DNA of 34,852 bases from Catajapyx aquilonaris (lineage: Eukaryota). The notes under the pieces are model-generated. The model was given only the letters and a program-made list of their open reading frames with translations. It searched no databases and was not told the DNA's origin. Numbering within the stretch: position 1 is the stretch's first letter; each line of letters starts with the position of its first letter. Shown one piece after another: positions 1 through 9,620 of this stretch. The stretch spans positions 1-34,852 of the forward strand of contig JYFJ02004083.1 in NCBI GenBank assembly GCA_000934665.2, read 5' to 3'. The position numbers were made by a program, and so were the translations under genes.

Positions 1-903
1 AGCGGTCAGGGACACTTCCCGGTTCACTCGTTGCCACATCGCCGGCTCCAGAATGCTGGCCTTGCTTCCTGTGTCCACAAGGAATTTGCACGGCACACTT
101 ACAACTACTTACAACAGTGATATCCGCCAAATTGCCCGAAACAAATTCTGGCAACAAGGCCAAAACAGAGTTCCTATGCTCAGCCGGTTAGATTACAGCG
201 CTCTCAATAATTTGTGGGTTTATCTTTTTTGATACCGTATTTAATTGGAATACGTGAATCATCTCTTGATAAAGTGTGATGCATTTCCTTGATTTCTCTA
301 AGATTAAAAAAAAAACTTTCTAACTAATAACATCTTGCATATATTATCAGGCAATATAGGTTTTGCTTACATCTGCCTAAAAAGGCACGTTCAATCCCGG
401 GGCACCAAAATATGTAATGTTAAATACCTAAGTCAGTTTTATGCTACGATGACGTTGGAATTGCCGTGCAATAATGTAACTGTAAGATAAGGGAGCGCAA
501 GAAAGAAGCAGTAGAGAAAATCAGAACCCTTAACTGAAATTACAGTGACAATATCAAATGTGATTTACTTTAAAAATAATAACGCGAGAGAAAATTTAAA
601 TAAAAATGTTATAGGAGATGAGGGCTCTAGAAAAAAGGTAATTGCTGGACCCCAACGTGCACCAGCAGAGTATTGCATAATGCACTAATTTTGAAGCAAA
701 TAACGTAAGTTAGTCTATTAGATCTTTTCACACAGTCATGAAGATTTTGTTGTACACACCGCCTCCACCAAGTAGCAATGTGAAGCAGTGTAAAATCTGA
801 ATGGAATATGAACTATAGTCACTGACGTTTCATAACACACGTTTAACAGGTAGTCTAGTCATTGCTTTATCCGCAATCCAACGTGTAGCAGCCATTCTCA
901 AAA

Positions 904-2049
904 TCACCACGGGTCCTCTACATCCACATCGTGAAACACTATTTGAGGACCGCCCACATGCCTGCACGTGCTCGTAAAATCCTGAGGAAAATCGGCGTCT
1001 TCATGCCAGACATGCACCAATCGAAAAGGAACCGTCACCCATCTCGATATGAAGTCTCGGAAGAAATCTAGGCAGATTTCTTGATTGTAAGTGATGTGGA
1101 GTGTGCGAAGTGCAGAGCAGTTGGCGACAATGAGACTCAGACATGCTTCGGATAATTCGACGGCAATCAGGTTCAGATCCTCCAGACGCCCAACGACTTC
1201 TTTTCTGAGCAGGAATTGGCGTACACCCTCAGGGGTCAAGCGAAAAGCGCTTTGCAGTTTGAGGTCACGCAGGTTGGTCAGCGATCCGATTCCATACAGC
1301 AATTTTTTGTCGGTTATGTCAATTGCGAAGTCAATTTTCAGCACTTGCAGTTGTTGGTACTTATGCAACACCCACCAAGCCTCTTCGTCTAGATGGTCAA
1401 CCTGCAATTTCTCTAGCTGGGGCCCAATTGTGGTCAGCAAATGCATCTGCCACTCTTCGGACGGGCCCTCCATGGTCAGCTCTTTCAGAGAAGGGTAATT
1501 CCCATCGATGCCTCCAACATATGAATCCAAGTGTGAATCCGAGGAAACGACATCTATTAATGTCAGATTTTTCAAGTGAGGGCTGCGGGATAAAACGGAG
1601 AGCAGATCCAATGGCTCCCTTTCGGAATCGACGTTGAAAGAGCGAAGTTCACATGACGTTAGCTTAGTGCAGGACACGACCAAGGCTTTGACTTTTTTTT
1701 GTTCAGCGGTACAATCATCCAAAGTGAGTTCCTCCAGGTGCGGGCAGTGAGTGGCCACAGCTCTCAAGATGTCGTCGCAACGTTGGGGGATCTCTGTCAC
1801 CTTCAGTTTTTTCAACGCGGGCGACCTCTTCAGCTGTGCAATGCACATGTCCATGGGGCTGTCGTCCGTCACCTCCATCGACGTCCACAACCTTGAATCA
1901 TTTTGCACGATCTCTGCCCAATTCTTGCAGACTCGAGGAAGGACCATGAGCTTCTCTTCCATGTTCAGATAGGAAAACACCTTGACCTTGACGTCACGAA
2001 CGAGCCTCCTGTTGAATAGGTCCTCTGCTGGCCCAAATGATTCTGCCAT
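904..2049 (-). CDS. F-box/LRR-repeat protein (FBXL-like), paralog 1, 381 aa, single coding exon
   Basis: N-terminal F-box (DVKVKVFSYLNMEEKLMVLPRVCKNWAEIVQNDSRLW) is followed by cysteine-containing LRRs (ATHCPHLEELTL, SCTKLTSCEL, LTNLRDLKL, NCSALRTLHI). The first ATG is at 2049; the ORF track starts at an upstream non-ATG codon. Confidence 0.9.
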   Translation of the reverse strand: MAESFGPAEDLFNRRLVRDVKVKVFSYLNMEEKLMVLPRVCKNWAEIVQNDSRLWTSMEVTDDSPMDMCIAQLKRSPALKKLKVTEIPQRCDDILRAVATHCPHLEELTLDDCTAEQKKVKALVVSCTKLTSCELRSFNVDSEREPLDLLSVLSRSPHLKNLTLIDVVSSDSHLDSYVGGIDGNYPSLKELTMEGPSEEWQMHLLTTIGPQLEKLQVDHLDEEAWWVLHKYQQLQVLKIDFAIDITDKKLLYGIGSLTNLRDLKLQSAFRLTPEGVRQFLLRKEVVGRLEDLNLIAVELSEACLSLIVANCSALRTLHITYNQEICLDFFRDFISRWVTVPFRLVHVWHEDADFPQDFTSTCRHVGGPQIVFHDVDVEDPW

Positions 2050-2734
2050 ATTATTCCCTCGCACAAATGTTTCAAGCTAAATTAGCAGGAATCCGATGAA
2101 TTCCCAACCTCAAACGAAGAATTTTTATTCTGTAAGTGAAATGTTCATATCAATGTTGTAACAGATGAATATGACCACCCTAGAGAAGTCAGTGCGATGG
2201 TACAATATGATGTTACATGATGCGGTAGAACTTATCAGTTATTTTCTCCACCAAATTTAAATATGCCTTGGTAAATACCAGTGCTTAGAATAGGATAGGC
2301 GTGATTTTGTCATAAAGTACATGCAGAAATTTCGACACAAATGAGTTACAATATACCGAATAATAGATGGGTCTCTCTATATAAACTGTCAACTTCTAGC
2401 AAAAGTCTCGTCACATTGATCTTTGCAGCGTGAACCCCTGCATACCTGTGTGTTCAAGCTGTCCTATGTTCTCTCTCACCTCGTTCTGTTCTCCAATAAT
2501 AGGCCTATTAATGCCATGACACTCCGTCACTCCGTCAGCCCCATCCACCAGCCACAAAAAAAAAATTTATTCAACACAAAAATATGGAATTTCCAGCAAT
2601 TGATTAACTACCGTTACCTGGTTACGTTCACAGTCAGCGCAGCGTAATAAATAAACGTGCCTTTCACTGACAGTTTCTGAAAAGAAATACTGCCGTGTAT
2701 ACGAGGTATATCACATCGCCAAGCTAAGTTCGAC

Positions 2735-3098
2735 CAGGGAGCATATACTACATAAGAGGCGCAAACATTCGATTTCCCCGTCTCTCTGTTTGGGACCGTT
2801 GCCAAGGCTGGCGGCCATTTTGAAGTGTGGGCAACGCCAACGAGGTATAAATAGGGTACAGGCAAAAATAGTGTCCGCCATCTTTGATTCGCGCGTGTTC
2901 TTGCCGTGTAGTTGCCATAGCCCTCAAAACCATCAAAGAGGGCGGACCCTATTTTTTGCCTGTACCCTATTTATACCTCGTTGGAGTTGCCCACACTTCA
3001 AAATGGCCGCCAGCCTTGGCAACGGCCCCAAACAGAGAGACGCGGAAATCAAAGGCGCCGACAGAAGTTTGCGCCTCTTATGTAGTATATGCTCCCTG
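2735..3098. mobile_element. MITE / non-autonomous DNA transposon, P-element-like (CAGGG termini, 7-bp TSD)
   Basis: Inverted arms of about 150 bp run CAGGGAGCATATACTACATAAGAGGCGCAAAC...GTTTGCGCCTCTTATGTAGTATATGCTCCCTG. The element is flanked by the exact direct repeat GTTCGAC (2728-2734 and 3099-3105). The superfamily is inferred from the CANRG terminus and 7-bp TSD. Confidence 0.85.
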
Positions 3099-3218
3099 GT
3101 TCGACAGTGTGGATCACATAGCCCATATGGAGCTTATATAATATCTTATGAAATACTCTGTAGGCCTATAACATCCATTATGGTTAACCAGTCATGGGCA
3201 GGTCAGAGAGGGGCGGGT

Positions 3219-6092
3219 TGCTATGTATAGTTGGAAAACGTGTCGGTTGGACCTATATTTAGTACTCGTTACAAGCTTCTTTGATCGCATCTACATGTTG
3301 GCCCTCATGGAGGAGAGGAAACGATTGACTATAGTAATTAATAATTTGTGTACACTCACTACACTGGATGGGCGCTCCAACACATTGCATTAAGACTCAT
3401 GCATTAGAAATATCAATTGCGACAATGTGCACAGTGCGCGACACATGGGAACGCAATCGTATGGGCAGCTCTAATTATTATTACACGTTCTCCAGTGCTC
3501 TCTGTACATTTGTGGAGAAAGGAAGCATCTAACTCGCATCTATTATTTTATTCTTGCCTGGGAAAGATGATCCTAATTTCTATCGTCCTGTCTCTTACTC
3601 CTTCTGTACTCTTCATTCACGCCAAAGTTCTAGTGACCCGAAATTATTATGTGGACGAATATCTGTCTCCTTTAGTGTGGAGCACGCTCAGTCATGGTAA
3701 CCTAGTGAACCTGGAGTGTCCCCTGGCCGTGACCCATGACCTCGGATGGGATGGGCCTAAACACCTGGGGGTCCTGGTGTCCAACATGTCCATGGCAGGA
3801 AGACCTGTCCTGCTGGCCAAATCGACTGGTACTCATCTGGAGAGGTGGGACTGCTCCTCGAAGGGATCCAGTGATCCTGTTGGTGATCTCGTTTCATTCC
3901 AAGCAACTAGAGACTACAAGTGCTTGGTCAACCTGGTGACCACTTGCAGCCAGAACTACAAGGAGGCCATGGAGGAGCTGTTGGTTCCGGAGGAAGGAGT
4001 GGTCCGGGTGAAGAGGAACAGGGACAGCTTCCTTCTCTGGATGAGGGACCAGCCAGGTGAAGGATTCCTGCTGAAGGAACCGGCTTCAAAACTCAAGTTC
4101 AAGGTTGCCATCACCTTTAGAGGGAATGGTGCACCGGAATTGTTCACAGTCTGCTTTCACTGTGACGGGGGTGAACCCACAGTCGAGTCAGTTGCAGTTA
4201 CATTTGAAGACACTCTTGGATCCATTCTCTACAGAGACACAGCGACCAATTTTTATGGAAAGCACTTACGCACAATTTCATGGGTTAACTTCAGTTACAA
4301 AGAGTGTGAGGCTAATACAGATTTATTTATGCATTACCCCTGCTTCATGGGGCAGGCTCTCAATTTCAAGTGGCATGCAGAGTATGTGGACTTTGAAGAC
4401 ATGGCCAGAGATGTGAACAAAATGTTACAAACCCTAGATGATATAAAGAAAGGAAATCTGCCTTTCATACCACATATTCCTCTCTTAGAAATAACAAACT
4501 CGCTATTAGATATGATTACACCTCATATTGGAGACAGGATCACTTTCCTGGCAAGAAATCCAAAGGTGATCAACACTCCTCTACTAATCTTTTATCCTTA
4601 CGAGTGTGTCCCCTGGTGTTGTTTCCTTTCTTCCTTTCTCGTCTATGGATTGTTCCTGGTTTGCTTCTCCAAAAGACAAGTCCTGCCCAACAGTGTCCCC
4701 TCCGCCTTTCACTCTCTACTAGGAAGTGTCAGATATTTGGCTCGAGTGACGCTTTCCCAACATCCACACTTGAAACGTGGAATATTTCCATCGTTTATGA
4801 TTGCCGTACTGTTTTGGCAATACTTTATTATCATCATAGATACAGGATACGTAACAAAGCTGTTTTACTTTCTGACCTATCCTCCCAGGGAGAAAGTGCC
4901 TCAAACTGTACCTGAAATTTTGAGCTCTGATTTTTTGATAAATACGCATGATGACGTGTACACCTTGATCCAGTCTGGGGATTACGAGCCATTTTTGTTG
5001 GAAAAGCTTCAGGTGGTGGACAAAGAGCAATGTTACATGACAGTGATCGTGGAGAACATAGTGTGTCTCGAAAGTGCAATATATCTGAGATATGGGCTGA
5101 CGACAGATTTGCCTTCGAGTGACGGGACTGTCCCTGCCTTCGTGTCAGAGGATTCTCTTGTCTTCTTCTATCATTCATTGGCCTTGGCCAAAGAGAGCAT
5201 TTTCTCTCCCAATTTCGATTACTATGCACACGTATACAATAGCATTGGTCTCGGATTGAAGACTGATCGGTTTGATTCATTCAGAAGGTTATGGCGACTT
5301 GCTAGAATGGCTGATGGCAACACAGAAGAAGAAGACGATGCCCGAGTAGTGTTTTCGATGCAGAAACTGCAAGGTGCCTTTTATATATTGCTGGGAGGAA
5401 ATTCTTTGGCTCTAATCATCTTCATGAAGGAACATATGACGCAAACGTTTTGAAATATGAGTTCACCCACTATAACATTATCAGTTTGGTGTGGAACAAA
5501 ATAAGGCAAGCATTCTCAATAATTTCATGCAAACTTTAATCTTTATGATATATTTATTCCGGGATCATCAATACTTTGTCCATTACTTATTTATTTCCCT
5601 TTCTATGCTGATTGCCTATGTTTTCACGGCCGACCAATTCACCGAAGCTTGGACGCAATTTCCACGTACCGTAACGCTATATTCTCATGGATGACGAAGT
5701 CACAGTATAGGTTTGAACCAAATTGGTACCTTCTAGCATTTTCACATCGTTTGGCACCATAACGACATACTGTGGGAAATGTGTTTGTGTCGAAACATCG
5801 ATCATGCTAAGTGTTAGAAACGGTTACAAATGTCCCTGGTCCGTAAAATACGCGAAAAATGCGTTGGTTGCTACAGGAACATTCCACATTCCACATACAT
5901 GGACCACATTCCGTGCAGTTTCTAGTACTGAAATTGCGCATGCCAGGTGCGTGCCAGAAAGAAGATAGGAGAGACTTTGAACTCTGCTTTGGAATGAGCT
6001 TCTTGTCATGTGTGCGAAACATTCATTTGAATATCAGAGTTACAGAGTAACACCGTCTTGACGCCATAATTACTTAATTGCAAAAACAACTT
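3219..6092 (+). repeat. Tandem segmental duplication, copy A (IR1 with 5' and 3' flanks); partner of 9621-12618
   Basis: Near-identical sequence runs from TGCTATGTATAG..TTGGAAAACGTGTC to ACGCCATAATTACTTAATTG.AAAAACAACTT in both copies, apart from a divergent patch just 3' of the stop codon. Confidence 0.9.
3567..5453 (+). CDS. Divergent ionotropic receptor (variant iGluR chemoreceptor), IR1, 628 aa, intronless
   Basis: The protein has a signal peptide (MILISIVLSL...), pre-M1/M1 (PLLIFYPYECVPWCCFLSSFLVYGLFL), an M2 helix leading into S2 (FWQYFIIIIDTGYVTKLFYFLTYPP..VPQTVPEIL) and a final TM (FSMQKLQGAFYILLGG). Size and lack of introns are typical of arthropod divergent IRs. The ATG at 3567 was chosen by alignment with IR2. 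Confidence 0.88.
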   Translation: MILISIVLSLTPSVLFIHAKVLVTRNYYVDEYLSPLVWSTLSHGNLVNLECPLAVTHDLGWDGPKHLGVLVSNMSMAGRPVLLAKSTGTHLERWDCSSKGSSDPVGDLVSFQATRDYKCLVNLVTTCSQNYKEAMEELLVPEEGVVRVKRNRDSFLLWMRDQPGEGFLLKEPASKLKFKVAITFRGNGAPELFTVCFHCDGGEPTVESVAVTFEDTLGSILYRDTATNFYGKHLRTISWVNFSYKECEANTDLFMHYPCFMGQALNFKWHAEYVDFEDMARDVNKMLQTLDDIKKGNLPFIPHIPLLEITNSLLDMITPHIGDRITFLARNPKVINTPLLIFYPYECVPWCCFLSSFLVYGLFLVCFSKRQVLPNSVPSAFHSLLGSVRYLARVTLSQHPHLKRGIFPSFMIAVLFWQYFIIIIDTGYVTKLFYFLTYPPREKVPQTVPEILSSDFLINTHDDVYTLIQSGDYEPFLLEKLQVVDKEQCYMTVIVENIVCLESAIYLRYGLTTDLPSSDGTVPAFVSEDSLVFFYHSLALAKESIFSPNFDYYAHVYNSIGLGLKTDRFDSFRRLWRLARMADGNTEEEDDARVVFSMQKLQGAFYILLGGNSLALIIFMKEHMTQTF

Positions 6093-6143
6093 CCACACAG
6101 AGAAACGCAAATGCATCATCGCATGCATTTAAGTGCATCATAT

Positions 6144-6293
6144 TTTGTCCGTGGGGTGAGACGCTTTACGTGCATAAAGATGAATGATGCACCTAAGTGC
6201 ATCAAGAATTTGATGAGGACAAGTAACTCACGTGATGCACTATTATGCGTAATTTGAAATTGTGCACCAGAAGCGTCTCACCCCACGGACAAA
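6144..6293. repeat. 23-bp perfect inverted repeat within the transposon subterminal region
   Basis: TTTGTCCGTGGGGTGAGACGCTT (6144-6166) and its reverse complement AAGCGTCTCACCCCACGGACAAA (6271-6293). Confidence 0.9.
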
Positions 6294-7010
6294 TCAAATG
6301 ACGCACTTTTGATGCATAATTTAACACATTACTGTGCATCATTTGATGCACACTGGTTGAATTTCCCGCCTCCTGAAAATCATGGCAAAATTTGCTGAAA
6401 CATAAATTCAAACACAATGAAACACTTTATAACTGACTTCTGTTTAATTATATTCAATGGCCAACAAAAACACAGTACATAAAGGTAGCAACGCATTGCA
6501 TATCTAATCTGTCAACTGGCTTAAAGGCCAGATCATGGGGTATGTAATAAATAAATAAATAAAATAAACATATCTAATCTGACACCGACTATATACACTA
6601 TAGCAATGACAACAATAACCCACACTTCAATTCGCAAAATTATTACACCCTAATTTCAAAGAGCAAACGCATGACAAAATATTCTGCAATGCAATCAGAA
6701 AGAAATAAATTACTAGTTCCCCTACTTTATAACTTAGGTGTACTTCCATACCATTATGTGTTCAAAATGTTAACACATCCATGTGGTAAAGACAGCCTTA
6801 CTGATATTGTGCAATTTAATTTTAGTATAAAAACATAACAGTTGATAATTATCTACAGTATACTTCAAGGAGCACAAACAATGTTCAATTCAAGAAGCCA
6901 AACAATGCAAGTGAGGGGCTGAGGATCGAAAACCAGCCAACAGGCATTTTCTTGAAAAATGAGATAGACACAGCATAATAATTATGGTTCTTAGGGGTGC
7001 CCTGCACATA

Positions 7011-7338
7011 CCTCTGAATGAGGGATGTATTATTATACGTTTGGGCCACCTGGGTTTCATCATTTCCATCATTTCCACTGTTGTCATCATTGCCATTATT
7101 CCCACTATTGCATGGTGATGATCATCAGTTTTCCACCATACTGAACATCATCATCACTTTCCAAGTCAACGTAATCGTTGTGTCGCTCATTGAAGGTTTG
7201 CAGGATGAAGTCAGACTCAATTCTAAATTTTTTTGCGACGGCTTCTTTGAGCTCTTTCACCCTGTTCTGATGTTGCGATGTTCCGATGTTTACAATTTTC
7301 CTTCTCCCACTTCTCTTACACTCAACTAAGAATTCCAT
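7011..7338 (-). pseudogene. Transposon accessory ORF2 remnant (PB1/ubiquitin-like N-terminus)
   Basis: MEFLVECKRSGRRKIV...ELKEAVAKKFRIESDFILQTFNERHNDYVDLESDDDV resembles the second ORF that follows the transposase in animal EnSpm-like elements. It continues after a frameshift as GNNGNDDNSGNDGNDETQ up to a CAGAG|GTATGT donor near 7010. Confidence 0.5.
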
Positions 7339-7445
7339 TTCCTAATGAAGCACCGAAAAAGAGATATTTAATGTTAGTAAAATTTGTAGTTAATTTGCAC
7401 GTGCATTCTATACCTGATAATGACGACAGATGCTGAAAAGTGATG

Positions 7446-8560
7446 TTACAATGCATGCACATTGAATGGTGGTGAATGTTTCAGGACCACAAATTGAGCC
7501 CCATAAATTTCTGGATGCGAGTACATACACTGTAAACCGCAAAACATTAAAAAAGCATCACTGGTGAGTCTCTCATGGAACATCAATTTCTAATGCTCTT
7601 CTAATGCTCTTCTAATGCTCTTGTGATGCTCCTGTGATGTTTTTTTGTTGCTAAAAAGCATCACAAGAGCATCAGCAGAGCATTAGAAGAGCATTAGGAA
7701 TTGATGTTCCATGAGAGACTCACCAGTGATGCTTTTTTAATGCTTTGCGGTTTGCAGTGTAGGTAAAGGTAAAGGGTCGGTTAGGAGGGCAGGAATAATG
7801 GCTTTCCTACAGTTTCCTCGTTAGACTACATGGCAGTGATAGTGTTCGTCAAAATGCATTATGTTTAAATCCATGCACACAAGCACAGGTGTTTTGTTGT
7901 ACACATAAATGCTAATAATTTCTTTTAGCTCGATGTCATTATGTTGTGACTTATAGTTGATGTAATTAATGCACTTTGGGAATGATAAGAAATGCCATCA
8001 ACATTTAAGTGTTTGCATACTACTACTTTCTCATGCAAATCAGGAACAGAGCCTCCTTCAATTAAGCATTGCCAGTCATCAGTTAGCTCAACCACTGTCT
8101 GTACCTTATCTGCCACGTATTGCAGGTCACTTTGAAAGTAGGTCGCTCCAGCCAGGTAATAGCATTGCTTCAATTGGTGCCTTTTTGCTAGGGTGTAGCT
8201 CATGTTTATCCTGTTTTTTGTCATTTTGGACCACTGTTTCAGTTCTGAATGCTTTGCTTCAAATCTTATTGTAGAAAAATGAATCAGTGGTCCAAAATGA
8301 CACATTAGCATTGGATAATGCACTAAATAGTGCATTTTGGGTGTCAGTCGCACATTGGGAAATTGATCTCGGAAGGTGGCAAGGAAGTCACTGATTTGCA
8401 CTGCTAGGAAAGCAACCATATCCCTGGTTATTACTGGTGCGCGACTCATTTCAACAATATCTAGAAGTAACAATATGCATGTCCATATTGCCGAGTGTCT
8501 CGGTACCTTGGAGCCAATCATAATAGGTAACAGTCTAATCAAACACCAGGCCTGATTTAG
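7446..8560 (-). pseudogene. EnSpm/CMC-like transposase, C-terminal half, disrupted
   Basis: Motifs are QAWCLIRLLPIMIG..VP, LTPKMHYLVHYP...GPL...RFEAKH, and TLAKRHQ. After a frameshift near 7930 it reads FDEHYHCHVV* ... TDPLPLP[MITE]MYSHP..FVVLKH, ending at a stop at 7446-7448. Confidence 0.8.
7528..7759. mobile_element. Palindromic 232-bp MITE with CACTG termini and TA target duplication, nested in the transposase
   Basis: Arms read CACTGTAAACCGCAAAACATTAAAAAAGCATCACTGGTGAGTCTCTCATGGAACATCAATT... and ...GCGGTTTGCAGTG, with internal CTAATGCTCTT repeats and TA on both sides. Removing it restores the transposase reading frame. Confidence 0.88.
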
Positions 8561-9620
8561 AACTGCACTATTTTAATAATTTGTAAGAATTGGGGCATTG
8601 TTACGAATACCCAACAGCATGCTTCTTGTTGTGCTCCTAAAGGTGGAAACCAATCTAAGGGTCAAAATAACGGACGAATTACTGGGAAATGACTTCTGTA
8701 AATATCAACCAAGTTGGCGAGTAAAGATAACTAGGACTCTAAACAGAAAATCAATCTGGCCTGAGGCCTGCAGCTGTAAGAGGCGTATAAATAAGCAATG
8801 TAATTGTCTATAATTATATCGTTGTGATCAGTGCACAACAGCTTATTTCTTACCAGAGGCCGCCATGGCCGCGATGTAGACATACAATCTTACAATACAT
8901 TTGACAGGGCCACCACATGGGTAAGTGGATATTGCATTTCGTTTGGGTACTGCAGGCCAGGTAATTTTGGGTGGCAGCGGCCAGAGCCGCAGATTGCTGA
9001 CCCCTGCTCTAAAGTGCTTGTGCTCCACCTTTATTCTTATTGTGGCAGCCTCTTATTAAGGGTATGACTTTCTAACTTTGTTTTGCTTCTCTGTTCCTGT
9101 CCTTTTTATCCCACTGTGAGCCAGTACGTAGCCCTTTGCGTTTTGGCCGACCCACATTAAACATGTACATTGTACAATCTGCTACATACCTAGCTAACTC
9201 ATTTAAAATATTGTTCACTTATTGTTGAACAGATGGGCGTATAAGGATTGTTGTGAGTAAAATTAATATCACTGTATGGATTACTTGATTCCGTAAGAAT
9301 TAAAATAAATATGCAGCTAATAATGAACTGTAATTTATTTATTTATTTGTCCTAATTAGGTGTGGTATGAAATGCAGAGACTACGCAATGGTGGGGATAC
9401 CACACGGGGCTGCCGCCCTGGGACCAGGCCTTCCATGCTGGTGACGACCCTTGCCATGGTTGCATTTTTTTGGTCAGGGGTGGGTCAGAACACGGTGAAA
9501 CCGCGAATTTTCACATATATTTTTGGCGCACATATGGTTCAGCATTTCCGCGCTTGAGTCCGCCACTCAAGGGTTGATGGTCCGGGTCCGAGACCGCTGC
9601 TTTGTATTTCGGAATCTCGC

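Larger units (their letters stand above)
6094..8560 (-). mobile_element. Decayed, 5'-truncated EnSpm/CACTA (CMC)-like DNA transposon
   Basis: It begins CACACAG exactly where IR1/IR2 flank homology stops. The subterminal region is rich in TGCATCA/TGATGCA motifs and has a 23-bp perfect inverted repeat. It contains transposase and accessory-ORF remnants. The other terminus was not found. Confidence 0.7.

Noticed and set aside
2614..3230. Several ORFs sharing the peptide PVPYLYLVGVAHTSKWPPALAT on opposite strands
   Set aside because: These are an artefact of the MITE's inverted arms, not genes.
3417..3566. 50-aa N-terminal extension of IR1 in the ORF track, and similar extensions for FBXL1-3 and IR3
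   Set aside because: They start at non-ATG codons, which is a prokaryote-style call. The IR1 extension is not open in the IR2 duplicate, and the signal peptide begins at the ATG at 3567.
7570..7700. Short tandem repeats with dyad symmetry that might suggest a CRISPR array
   Set aside because: There are no unique spacers, the context is eukaryotic, and they are MITE internal repeats.
8599..8840. Possible solo LTR (TGTTACG...CACAACA with TATAAAT)
   Set aside because: The flanks GCAT/GCTT are not an exact TSD, and there is no second copy, PBS or PPT.
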